A stretch of DNA of 64,000 nt from Eubacteriales bacterium. Its GTDB lineage: Bacteria; Bacillota; Clostridia; Christensenellales; CAG-314. The DNA lies in NCBI GenBank assembly GCA_035446985.1, contig DAOTGG010000002.1, positions 1,925-65,924 on the forward strand, written 5' to 3'. Positions 7,721 through 17,126 of the stretch are shown piece after piece. The notes under the pieces were generated by a model. That model saw nothing but the letters and a program-made list of their open reading frames with translations. It did not search any database and was not told where the DNA came from. The position numbers and the translations under genes were made by a program. Every line of letters begins with the position of its first letter. Within the stretch, counting starts at the first letter, position 1.

Positions 7721-8340
7721 TACAATATGCACGCTATTATACTTTCGATATTCCAATATTTTTCTCTCAATGCCGAAAGCTTTGATAACATTCGTTTTGT
7801 ATAGACGAGATACTGCCAACGCTCGTAGCCGAATTCCTCAACGTAAAATTTTAACAGTTCTTTTGCGCAATCAAATTTATACGGCGTAAAAGCCTCGTCA
7901 TAGCTAAGTAAAAAAGCAATGGTCTCGCCCAAAGGCTGGCAAAGTTCCCCCGTTGTCAAGTCGGTCAAATCGATGCAGTAGAGTATTCCGTCTTTTTCTA
8001 TAAAATTTCTAAAATTTACGTCGCGGTAAACATACTCGCAATTTTGGTAATCGTGAAGACGCCGAAAATCATCCGCCAGCATTCGCATGTATTTCAAAAA
8101 ACCTTCGAGGTCTTTTTTGTTTTCAAATTCGTTCAATATATTAAGCAAAGTATTTTCGCCCAAATACTGTAAATCTAAAAAATTATCCCCTCTTCTCACT
8201 ACTTTCGGGAAAAATTTCAGCGGAGCTAATTTTGTGTAAAGTTTCATTTCCCGCAAACATTCTTTTTTGTCGTTAAACTGTTTGCGAATGTGTCCTTCCT
8301 CGGTTAACGTAACTTGATTGCTTCGTGACAAGTAATTCAT
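7720..8340 (-). CDS. Small protein-kinase-like (PKL/APH/Kdo-kinase-like) fold protein
   Basis: 206 aa. YRDVNFRNFIEKDGILYCIDLTDL resembles the HxDxxxxN catalytic loop plus the metal-binding D of kinase-like phosphotransferases, but with Tyr in place of His. The call rests on motif resemblance only. Confidence 0.4.
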   Translation of the reverse strand: MNYLSRSNQVTLTEEGHIRKQFNDKKECLREMKLYTKLAPLKFFPKVVRRGDNFLDLQYLGENTLLNILNEFENKKDLEGFLKYMRMLADDFRRLHDYQNCEYVYRDVNFRNFIEKDGILYCIDLTDLTTGELCQPLGETIAFLLSYDEAFTPYKFDCAKELLKFYVEEFGYERWQYLVYTKRMLSKLSALREKYWNIESIIACIL

Positions 8341-8581
8341 ACCGTCTCCTTTAACCCCTACCTATAAAAGATGTTATCATAACAGCGCGATTTATGTCAA
8401 TAGGCTTGTGCCATTCAAAGTTTTAACTATTTGCGCTTTATAAAACAAAAATACGCAAAAATATGAATAAATACCTATTTGTTTGACATTTAATTTAAAA
8501 TTTGATATTTACAAAACAAAAGTTATGTGATAAAATCATAAAAATATAAAAATTTTTAGCCCAGCTAAATTAATTGCTTGA

Positions 8582-10543
8582 ATGAATAAATCTAAATTGA
8601 GAAAATTACAAATTATTTTACTCCCGTCGATAGTCCTGATAGCTTTCGCGATTATTTTTCTACAATTTTTATATACTCTAAAAAAGGACATAACCAACCT
8701 TACTTATGAGGATTTGCAAAACACCTCGGTGCAACAGTCAGAAATTATTTCCGTAAAGCTTAACGGTCAGTATGAAATGCTGAATTCGATTTCTAATCAT
8801 ATTAAAAACAACTACGACGATCATGATTTAGCTCAAACGGCAGCGATGCTCAAAGATTTTTCAGTTAACAGCGGTTTCACTTTTTTGGGAATATCGTCGC
8901 TCAACGGTTATACTGTCACAAGCGATGATCAAAGTTTTGACATTAGTCACCATAAATATTTCCAGTCAACCATTGACGGCAAAAACTCCATAGAAAAAAT
9001 GAACGGGGATGAAATACTTTCCGATGATTCTATCGTTTTGTCTGTTCCCGTTTATTCATCAGATGGTTCGACGGTTGTAGCCGTGCTTACGGGGGGAATG
9101 ATCGAGTCAGATTTTTACTCTTTGCTTTATTCTTCCGACTATGATGAAAACACTTATTCTTTTGTTGTTGACAACAACGGCTACGTTATCATTCCCAGCC
9201 AAAATCCTAATTTCTTACATACAACAAATAATATTTTTGATATATATAAAGAATCGGAAAATCATCAATCAGCGTTGGACGAATTTACGCGAAAAATAGA
9301 ATCTGACACTTCAGACGTTTTATATTTGGAAATTGCGGATTCTGACAGATATGTGTTTTACACAAGTTTCAATGACAGCATAACTAATTTGCCCAGCGGA
9401 GCGGAAAACTGGTATCTGTTTACTTCGGTATCGACGGAAGCCGTTGATATCAAAAATAACTTTTTACCGCAGACTGTCTCTGTTTTGACAATAGAATTGT
9501 TTTTTGTAGCCGCTTTCTGTTTCGGTTACGTGTTCTATTTGGAATACCGTAAAAATATGTCTATCGAACAAGAAACTCAGGTTTTGCGTGAAAACGAAGA
9601 AATGTATAGAGTTATTAACGACTTTTCAGATAACATAATCTTCCTTTACGACCACTCGACTCAAAAACTTAATTTCAATAATAAATACGAAAAACTTTTC
9701 AAACACAGACCTTTTACGGAATCTGCGGAAAATCATAATGGCGTCAACCCGTATATAAATAAGTACGATTACTCCGCATACGCGAAATTTATTAACGATA
9801 TAGCAGAAGGCTTGCCAAAGGCGGCGGCAGAGTTTCGTCTTTTGCGTCCCGACGGCTTATTTGACTGGTACAAAGCCGATATAACCACTCTTTTCGATAA
9901 CGATGGAAAGCCCACAAAATCTATCGGCAGACTTGCTAATGTGCAGGAACACCACACAAAAATAGAAGAGCTTACTTTGCGCGCAGAGACTGACTCGCTC
10001 ACAAGAATATTGAACCATTTTGCAATGAAAGAAAAAATCAACAGATATCTTGCCGAAAACGGTAAAGGCAGCACACATGCGTTTTTATATGTTGATATAG
10101 ACAATTTTAAAGCGGTAAACGACACGTTCGGACACTTGTTGGGCGACGAAATTCTTGTAAATATAGCGACGAAAATGCGGCAGATTTTCCGCGAAACGGA
10201 TTTTGTCGGCAGAATGGGCGGAGATGAATTTGCTGTTTTTGTCAAAGATATGCACTATGAGGCGATGATACATAAAAAAACTCAAAACCTTTTAGACGCT
10301 ATCTGCCAGATACAACTCCCGGACAGGGACGTAAAATTGTCTTGCAGTATCGGCATATCCATTTATTCAAAACACGGAAAAACTTTTGAAAAACTTTATA
10401 AAAATGCCGACAGAGCTTTGTACAGAGCAAAATCTATCAAAAATACTTATATTATTTATTCGGCAAACGATGCCGACATGCAAATAGGCGCTCATGATCC
10501 TGTCCTTAACGCGGATGATCAGACTGATGATAAAATTCAATAA
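8582..10543 (+). CDS. Membrane-bound sensor diguanylate cyclase (Cache-like periplasmic domain, TM, PAS, GGDEF)
   Basis: 653 aa. An N-terminal TM is followed by a ~270-aa extracytoplasmic region, a second TM, a PAS-like region, and a GGDEF domain with an intact GGDEF (RMGGDEFAVF). There is an RxxD I-site (RETD) five residues upstream. Confidence 0.85.
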   Translation: MNKSKLRKLQIILLPSIVLIAFAIIFLQFLYTLKKDITNLTYEDLQNTSVQQSEIISVKLNGQYEMLNSISNHIKNNYDDHDLAQTAAMLKDFSVNSGFTFLGISSLNGYTVTSDDQSFDISHHKYFQSTIDGKNSIEKMNGDEILSDDSIVLSVPVYSSDGSTVVAVLTGGMIESDFYSLLYSSDYDENTYSFVVDNNGYVIIPSQNPNFLHTTNNIFDIYKESENHQSALDEFTRKIESDTSDVLYLEIADSDRYVFYTSFNDSITNLPSGAENWYLFTSVSTEAVDIKNNFLPQTVSVLTIELFFVAAFCFGYVFYLEYRKNMSIEQETQVLRENEEMYRVINDFSDNIIFLYDHSTQKLNFNNKYEKLFKHRPFTESAENHNGVNPYINKYDYSAYAKFINDIAEGLPKAAAEFRLLRPDGLFDWYKADITTLFDNDGKPTKSIGRLANVQEHHTKIEELTLRAETDSLTRILNHFAMKEKINRYLAENGKGSTHAFLYVDIDNFKAVNDTFGHLLGDEILVNIATKMRQIFRETDFVGRMGGDEFAVFVKDMHYEAMIHKKTQNLLDAICQIQLPDRDVKLSCSIGISIYSKHGKTFEKLYKNADRALYRAKSIKNTYIIYSANDADMQIGAHDPVLNADDQTDDKIQ

Positions 10544-10577
10544 TGATCAAATAAGTAAAATTTTTTTAAAAAATATT

Positions 10578-10610
10578 AAGCGGCGAAATTCAGCCGCTTT
10601 TTTGTTTTTT
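10578..10610 (+). terminator. Intrinsic terminator of the diguanylate cyclase gene
   Basis: AAGCGGCGAAAUUCAGCCGCUU hairpin followed by UUUUGUUUUUUU. Confidence 0.75.
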
Positions 10611-10712
10611 TGCTTATTTAAAAGTGAATATGTTTAATTTAAAGCTTGTAGCGACAACACAATGACTTGCAAAATTTAATTAAGGTTTTATTATTTCTAC
10701 ACTTGGAATTTT

Positions 10713-10750
10713 TTAAAAAAAACCGTCCGCGCATTTTTACGCGGACGGTT
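10713..10750 (-). terminator. Intrinsic terminator of mgsA
   Basis: On the minus strand, the ACCGUCCGCGUAAAAAUGCGCGGACGGU hairpin is followed by a U8 run. Confidence 0.75.
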
Positions 10751-10806
10751 ATAATTTATTTAATCTATTTAACTAATAAATAAACTCTAATGTACTAAAT
10801 GAAATG

Positions 10807-11202
10807 CTAAACGGATTCGTGGAATTTTCTGAACGTATCGTTATTAACGGCGTAGAGCATTATTTCCGCGCTTTTTACGTTCGTCGCTAACGGAATCCCC
10901 TGAACGTCGCAAAGACGCAACAAAGCCGAAACGTCGGGTTCGTGAGGTTGCGCGGTAAGCGGATCACGCAAAAATATAACTAAGTCAAGCTTGTCTTCGG
11001 CAATCATAGAACCGATTTGCTGATCTCCGCCGAGCGGACCGCTTTTCATACAATGTATATCAAGTCCCGTTTCCTGCATAATAAGTTTTCCCGTAGTGCC
11101 TGTCGCATAGAGCGTATGTTTTGCCAGCACGTCGCGGTATTTCGTCGCAAGTTTAATCATATCGGCTTTTTTCTTATCGTGGGCAATCAAAGCAATTTTC
11201 AT
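10807..11202 (-). CDS. mgsA: Methylglyoxal synthase
   Basis: 131 aa. [12 protein letters not shown]...YATGTTG...[10 protein letters not shown]...[15 protein letters not shown] are the canonical MgsA motifs. Confidence 0.9.
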   Translation of the reverse strand: MKIALIAHDKKKADMIKLATKYRDVLAKHTLYATGTTGKLIMQETGLDIHCMKSGPLGGDQQIGSMIAEDKLDLVIFLRDPLTAQPHEPDVSALLRLCDVQGIPLATNVKSAEIMLYAVNNDTFRKFHESV

Positions 11203-11264
11203 ATATTTTACCTCCTTAAAGGTTTTGAATCGGCTATAATTTATCTAAAAAATTTAACTCAAAT

Positions 11265-12569
11265 TTAAAACGGTTTCCATACTAACCACACTAATACATA
11301 ACCCGTAATAACCGCGGCGAGAGTAAACGGAACGCCGATTTTTAAGAAATCTCGATTTTTGACTTCGCAGCCTTCTTTTCTTAAAATTCCTATCGCTGTG
11401 ATATTCGCGCTCGCGCCTATCGGCGTAAGGTTGCCGCCTAATGTCGCCCCTACAAGCAAACCAAAATAAAACAGTCTCGGATCAATGGACAAAGCCGCCG
11501 CCAAAGCCGTCGTTACGGGAAGCATGGTCGCTACGTATGGAATATTGTCAACAAACGCGCTTATAAGTACGCTTGCCCATACGATAATGGTGTATGTCCA
11601 GAAAATATTGCCGCCCCCGATAGACGCTATAAGCTCGCTTATTCTAGTGATTATACCTGCGTCCCTTATTCCGCCGATAACCAAAAACAAACTGGCTAAT
11701 AAAAGCAATGTGAAAAAGTCGATTTCCGCAAAAGTTTTTTTGATAACGGCAAACTTTTTCTGTTTTATCATTTCATAGATTAGCAAAGCGAAGAAAACAG
11801 TTACGCAGATAACGCCGTTAGTCAAGTTTTGACCGCCTATCATTATGTCAAATTTATCAAAGAACGAAGCGACAATCAGCAGCACTATAGTAAGCAACAT
11901 AGCTATACTTGGAACGTAATCTTCCACTTTCGTTTCTTCCAAAGAATCGATAGGCTGTTTTTCCTTGCGGAAAATAAACAGTAATATTATCAGCGAAACA
12001 AGCGCGCCTATTTCCGTAACGAAGAACATACTCATTTTGCCGTCCATAAAGAAGAAATCGACAAAATTCATATTAGCTTCGCCAGCCATCATTATGCTGG
12101 TGGTATCGCCGACAAGCGTCGCGGCTCCCTGCAGGTTGCTGGATACCGAAATAGCGATAAGTATCGGTACGGGCGATATTTTAAGCTTTCTGCATATCGT
12201 TAATGCTACTGGCGCAATCATTAAAACCGTCGCGACGTTATCTACAAAAGCCGATACGATGCCCGCAAACAGCGACAAAGCGCACGTCGTCCACATTACG
12301 TTCGGCGTCTTTTTTATGATAATATCCGCCATTTTAGCGGGCATTTTGCTTTCAATAAACAGCGATACCGTGCCCATCGTGCCTCCTATCATAAGCAGCA
12401 CGTTCCAGTTGATGGTTTCTAATATTTTACCGTAATCAAGTATGCCGAATACGATGAACAATACCGCTGTACCGAGAGCGATATAAGCTCTGTATTTTTG
12501 AAAAATTAACAGCAGCGCGTACATAGCCAAAAACAAGACGAGCGCGACTATTTCCCATGTGCCCCACAT
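11265..12569 (-). CDS. ArsB/NhaD (CitMHS-like) superfamily anion/ion permease
   Basis: 434 aa with ~11-12 TM helices and an internal two-fold repeat. The VDNVATVLMIAPV and FVDNIPYVATMLPV motifs are typical of this permease superfamily. Confidence 0.6.
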   Translation of the reverse strand: MWGTWEIVALVLFLAMYALLLIFQKYRAYIALGTAVLFIVFGILDYGKILETINWNVLLMIGGTMGTVSLFIESKMPAKMADIIIKKTPNVMWTTCALSLFAGIVSAFVDNVATVLMIAPVALTICRKLKISPVPILIAISVSSNLQGAATLVGDTTSIMMAGEANMNFVDFFFMDGKMSMFFVTEIGALVSLIILLFIFRKEKQPIDSLEETKVEDYVPSIAMLLTIVLLIVASFFDKFDIMIGGQNLTNGVICVTVFFALLIYEMIKQKKFAVIKKTFAEIDFFTLLLLASLFLVIGGIRDAGIITRISELIASIGGGNIFWTYTIIVWASVLISAFVDNIPYVATMLPVTTALAAALSIDPRLFYFGLLVGATLGGNLTPIGASANITAIGILRKEGCEVKNRDFLKIGVPFTLAAVITGYVLVWLVWKPF

Positions 12570-12643
12570 ATAAGTATATTTTCCTTTTAGTTAAGTAGTA
12601 TCGCCGTTAAATATTTTTATCTACTTAACGGCGTTAAGTCTTT

Positions 12644-12934
12644 TTAGTATTCGTAATCCACGATCGCAGAAGCCGTACGGTTTTCATGCACGTATTTTTT
12701 TACGACAGAACAATGATACTCGTCGTTAGCGTAATCCGTTAATGCCTGTCTGTCTTTTACGACAACTTCCAAAGCCACGTCGTAGGAACGCTCTGTGCAG
12801 CCAAAATCCTCTCCCGCTTTTATATCGATAATCTGAGGAACCTTGCCTTTCATCGACAAAAATACTTCCACGAGTTTTGCTTTACTTTCTATGGAATTAT
12901 CTTTTAGTTTCGTAAATACTATGTGTTTTACCAT
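12644..12934 (-). CDS. Dabb (stress-responsive alpha/beta barrel) family protein
   Basis: The start was moved to MVKHIVF (GGGAG lies 8 nt upstream). The ~96-aa protein has the VKHIVxxKLK N-terminus typical of Dabb domains. Confidence 0.65.
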   Translation of the reverse strand: MVKHIVFTKLKDNSIESKAKLVEVFLSMKGKVPQIIDIKAGEDFGCTERSYDVALEVVVKDRQALTDYANDEYHCSVVKKYVHENRTASAIVDYEY

Positions 12935-12958
12935 TCTTTTTACTCCCAAAAAATTCTT

Positions 12959-14743
12959 TTATTCGCAAAGTTTTTTGAGTTGGTCAAGCGTGTCCATAAA
13001 TGATTTTGCAACCGTTTCAAATGGTTCTGCGGTCGTAAGATCAACGCCTGCCGCTTTCAATTCGCTTACGGGGTCCATACTGCAACCCATTGTCAAGAAC
13101 TTTTTGTATCGGGTAACGGCGGGTTCGCCTTCCTTTAATATTTTTTGAGCAAGAGTAATCGCGCTGGTAATTCCCGTCGCGTATTTATAAACGTAAAACG
13201 CGCGGTAGAAATGCGGTATGCGGCTCCATTCGTATTTGATTTGTTCGTTATGCACAACTTCGTCGCCATAATATTTTTTATTTAATTCGTAATATTTTTC
13301 GTTAAGTAAATCAGCTGCAAGAGGTTGACCTTTTTCTGCGTAATCGTGCGCTATCGCTTCAAATTCCGCGAACATTGTCTGACGGTACATAGTCGTGCGT
13401 ATCATATCGAGATAATAAGACAACAAATATTTTTTAACATTTACATCCGTAACCGTGTTGAGCAAATAGTTAAGCAGCAAGACTTCGTTGCAAGTGCTGG
13501 CAACTTCCGCCACAAAAATTTTGTATCCAGCTTTTGCATAAGGCTGTGTGTTGCTTGAATAATAGCTGTGCATACTGTGACCAAGTTCGTGAGCTATCGT
13601 AAAAATATCGTGTGTGGTTTTTTGATAGTTAAGCATTACGTACGGGTGAACTCCGAAAACGCCCAGCGAATATGCGCCGCTGCGTTTGGTCGGCGTCTCG
13701 TGAACGTCCATCCATCTTTCGTCTTTTGCTTTTTTGAGAAGCGCCTGATAATCCTCGCCGAGAGGTTTTAATCCTTTAAGCACATACTGGAACGCTTCTT
13801 CAAAGTCGCAGGACAAATCCGCGTTTTCTATCATCGGAACAGACAAGTCGTACATATTAAGCTCTTTTACTTTCAGCACTTTTTTACGCAGCCCGATATA
13901 TTCGTGCAAAGGCTCGAGAGTGCCGTTGACGCTTTTAATCAAATTGTCATAGACGACTTTGTCAACTTTTTCATTAAATAAAGCGGCTTCCATTGCGCTG
14001 CCAAAGTTTCTTGCTTTCGCGTTGAAAATATCTTTTTTTACGCTTCCTTCATACACCGCAGAAATAGTGTTGATTAAATCAATAAATCCTTTGTAATAAC
14101 GCTCAAAAGCGGCTTTTCTAACGCTTTGGTCGCGGTTTTGAAGGCAGGTGGCGTATGAGCCGTGAGTCAGTTTAACTTCTTTTCCGTCCACGGTAATAGA
14201 ACCAAAATCTATGTCGCCGCTATCGAGACGATTAAAAATTTCCTGGAAAAATCTTTCAAAATCGCCGCACATAGCCATCAGCTTTTCTTCGTTTTCAGAT
14301 AAAATATGTGCCTTGCCGTCGCGCATATCTTTTAATCTTTCCGTGTAATCGCTGAATGCGGGGTCGGCTATCATTTTGTTAAATTCATCTTCGGAAAGTT
14401 TGCTCATTTCCGGATCGATAAAAGCTATTTTTTCCGCGAATTTAGAAAACATAGACGAAACCTTGCCGTAACGGGTTTGAGCGTCGGAATCTTTGCTGTC
14501 TTCGCAATAATTCATAAATGCGTAACTTTCGAGACGGTCGAAAGACAACAGAAGTGAATCGAGTTTTCTCATCATTTCCAAAATAACTTTAGGTTCATTC
14601 AGTTTGCCCTTATAGCAATCAAAATCACCTATTCGATTTGAAGCGGCTTCAAATGACGTCTCCCAGTCTTTTACCGTTTTAAAAATATTGCCGAGATTCC
14701 ATTTGTAATTTTCAGGAATTTCCGTTCTGTTTGTGTAACTCAT
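12959..14743 (-). CDS. pepF: Oligoendopeptidase F (M3B family)
   Basis: 594 aa with the HELGHSMH zinc-binding motif. The overall length and N-terminal helical domain are typical of PepF. Confidence 0.85.
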   Translation of the reverse strand: MSYTNRTEIPENYKWNLGNIFKTVKDWETSFEAASNRIGDFDCYKGKLNEPKVILEMMRKLDSLLLSFDRLESYAFMNYCEDSKDSDAQTRYGKVSSMFSKFAEKIAFIDPEMSKLSEDEFNKMIADPAFSDYTERLKDMRDGKAHILSENEEKLMAMCGDFERFFQEIFNRLDSGDIDFGSITVDGKEVKLTHGSYATCLQNRDQSVRKAAFERYYKGFIDLINTISAVYEGSVKKDIFNAKARNFGSAMEAALFNEKVDKVVYDNLIKSVNGTLEPLHEYIGLRKKVLKVKELNMYDLSVPMIENADLSCDFEEAFQYVLKGLKPLGEDYQALLKKAKDERWMDVHETPTKRSGAYSLGVFGVHPYVMLNYQKTTHDIFTIAHELGHSMHSYYSSNTQPYAKAGYKIFVAEVASTCNEVLLLNYLLNTVTDVNVKKYLLSYYLDMIRTTMYRQTMFAEFEAIAHDYAEKGQPLAADLLNEKYYELNKKYYGDEVVHNEQIKYEWSRIPHFYRAFYVYKYATGITSAITLAQKILKEGEPAVTRYKKFLTMGCSMDPVSELKAAGVDLTTAEPFETVAKSFMDTLDQLKKLCE

Positions 14744-14762
14744 TTTGCTCTCCTTGATTTAT

Positions 14763-15644
14763 TTATTTAATTTTTAAACTTTTTATATATTTGGTAAATT
14801 TCGCCCCAATTTCGGGGTGTCTCATACCGTATTCGACGCTTGCTTGCATATACCCGAGTTTGTCGCCCAAGTCGTATCTAAGTCCGTCAAAATCATACGC
14901 CATTATGCCTTTTTCCGCCGCTTGCAGTTTCAAACTGTCGGTGAATTGAAGTTCGCCGTTAGCAGCAACAGGCGTGCGGCGTATATAATCGTAAAAATCT
15001 CCGCTGATGACGTACCTTCCCAATGGCGCCAGCAAACTTTTTATTTGGTCGTCGGTTTTCGGTTTTTCAATTACAGACCTGATCAAATGATTTTTTCCAT
15101 AACTTTCGACAACGTCGCAGGAAGCGTATTTTGAGATAGCCTCTCTGGTGACTGTCTGCACACCCAAAACCGTTTTGCCGTATGCGTCAAAACAATCCAG
15201 CAGTTGTTTTGTAACGGGAGTGTTGCCGTTGGTGTACATAGCGTCGTCGCCGTTAAGTACCGCCACAGGCTCGCCGTCGGCAAATTTTTCCGCAAGTAAC
15301 ACGGCTGCGCCGCTGCCCGTAGCTACCTGCTGATAGACGAAACTGAACTTCGCTCGTTTCGTTATGTTTTCAACAATCTGCTTTTCTTTCAATTTTCCGC
15401 GGCTTTCCAAAAATTCTTCAAGCGTCGTGTCAACAGAAAAATGTTTTACAATCGCTTGTTTTTCGGGACTGATTACGAAAAGTATATCAGTAATGCCGCT
15501 TTCGACGGTTTCGTCGACTATTATTTCCAGCGACGGTCTGTCCACTATCGCTATCATTTCTTTGGGCATAGCTTTGGTGTAAGGCAAAAATCTAGTGCCT
15601 CTGCCCGCCGCTAATATTACCGCTTTTTTTACTTTTTCACTCAT
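14763..15644 (-). CDS. galU: UTP--glucose-1-phosphate uridylyltransferase
   Basis: 293 aa. KAVILAAGRGTRFLPYTKAMPKEMIAIVDRP is the GalU N-terminal signature. Confidence 0.9.
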   Translation of the reverse strand: MSEKVKKAVILAAGRGTRFLPYTKAMPKEMIAIVDRPSLEIIVDETVESGITDILFVISPEKQAIVKHFSVDTTLEEFLESRGKLKEKQIVENITKRAKFSFVYQQVATGSGAAVLLAEKFADGEPVAVLNGDDAMYTNGNTPVTKQLLDCFDAYGKTVLGVQTVTREAISKYASCDVVESYGKNHLIRSVIEKPKTDDQIKSLLAPLGRYVISGDFYDYIRRTPVAANGELQFTDSLKLQAAEKGIMAYDFDGLRYDLGDKLGYMQASVEYGMRHPEIGAKFTKYIKSLKIK

Positions 15645-15801
15645 AAAATAAATCCTTATAATAAACGACTTTATAAAAAATCGTTAAAGTAAACTTTGTT
15701 ATTTTTTTGAAGAATCTAATGTCAAAAAAATTTTATATATACTAACGCGGTTGCAAATACATTCGAGATTCAACACAGTCGCTAAGATGCGAACGAGAAT
15801 T

Positions 15802-16821
15802 TTAATTACTTTTTTGACGGGCTTTTTTCAAAGTCAAAGCAAAATTCACGCTGTCGCGCGCCATATCGTCAAGATTGTATTCGCATTTAAAACCGAGTTC
15901 GCGGTTTGCCTTCGACGGGTCAGCAAAATACAAATCCACATCGCCCGCGCGTCTCGGCGCAAAAGAGTACGGTATTTGTTTACCCCATGCGCGTGAAAAA
16001 GCGTCGATTACATCCAATACGCTGTAACCCTTGCCCGTACCGAGATTATACGTAACCAAACCGCAGTTAGTCGCGAGTTTATTAAGAGCCAATATATGTC
16101 CTTTCGCTAAATCAACTACGTGAATATAATCGCGTACGCCCGTTCCGTCGGGAGTATCGTAATCGTTTCCGAAAACGTTTATTTTCGGCAGCTCGCCCAT
16201 TATTACTTTTATAAGGTAGGGCGCGAGATTATTTGGAATATCGTTAGGATTTTCGCCGATAAGACCGCTTTCGTGCGCGCCGATAGGATTGAAATATCTA
16301 AGCAAAGCGACGTTCAAACTTTTGTCCGCGTTGCAAATATCGCTCAATATGCGTTCGTTCATAAATTTCGTCCAGCCATAAGGATTAGCGCAGGATAATT
16401 TCGCGTTTTCATTAACTGGCGAAGATTCGGGCTTGCCGTAAACGGTTGCGGAAGAAGAAAAAACCAAATTTTTGCAACCGTGTTTTTTCATGCATTCGAT
16501 AAGGTTCAGGGTGCTGTCAAGGTTGTTTCGATAATAAAGCAAAGGTTTTTCCACGCTTTCGCCCACAGCTTTGAATCCAGCCATATGAATAACAGCGTCA
16601 CAATTATTCTGCTCAAATACTTTTTCCGTAGCTGCCTTATCAAGCATATCGACTTTGTAAAAAATCGGGCGAATACCCGTGATTTTTTTTATGCTATCAA
16701 GTACGCTCTCGTTACTATTAGAAAGATTATCGAGAACAACGCATTCGTGATTTTGTTTTAATAGTTCGACGACGACGTGACTGCCAATATAACCCGTGCC
16801 GCCCGTTACAAGAACTTTCAT
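15802..16821 (-). CDS. galE: UDP-glucose 4-epimerase
   Basis: 339 aa. MKVLVTGGTGYIGSH Rossmann motif; the layout is that of an extended SDR, inferred from overall resemblance (I did not locate the YxxxK motif). Adjacent to galU. Confidence 0.9.
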   Translation of the reverse strand: MKVLVTGGTGYIGSHVVVELLKQNHECVVLDNLSNSNESVLDSIKKITGIRPIFYKVDMLDKAATEKVFEQNNCDAVIHMAGFKAVGESVEKPLLYYRNNLDSTLNLIECMKKHGCKNLVFSSSATVYGKPESSPVNENAKLSCANPYGWTKFMNERILSDICNADKSLNVALLRYFNPIGAHESGLIGENPNDIPNNLAPYLIKVIMGELPKINVFGNDYDTPDGTGVRDYIHVVDLAKGHILALNKLATNCGLVTYNLGTGKGYSVLDVIDAFSRAWGKQIPYSFAPRRAGDVDLYFADPSKANRELGFKCEYNLDDMARDSVNFALTLKKARQKSN

Positions 16822-17065
16822 TTTTTTCCCCTTTTTTACGGCGGAAAATCAAAAAATACCGCTTCTTTCATTATATAATATATCGCCAAAAAAGCAAGCT
16901 GTTTTTTAGACGGCTTATAAGGTAAGACATGAAAAATTTATATTCAATGAAATTGGAAGCGAAACTTAGACTTAACTCTTTTTAAAATAAAATTGATGAA
17001 TAATTTTTAAAAAAAGCCTTTCAATAACAAACAAAAAAACTTTCAATAATTTGACTTTTTTTTTA

Positions 17066-17101
17066 GTTAAAACAAAAGCGTTTCCCAAAAAAGGAAACGC
17101 T
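17066..17101 (-). terminator. Intrinsic terminator of the EF-G paralog
   Basis: AGCGUUUCCUUUUUUGGGAAACGCU hairpin followed by UUUUGUUUU on the minus strand. Confidence 0.65.
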
Positions 17102-17126
17102 TTTAGAATATTGTTTGATTTTAAAT

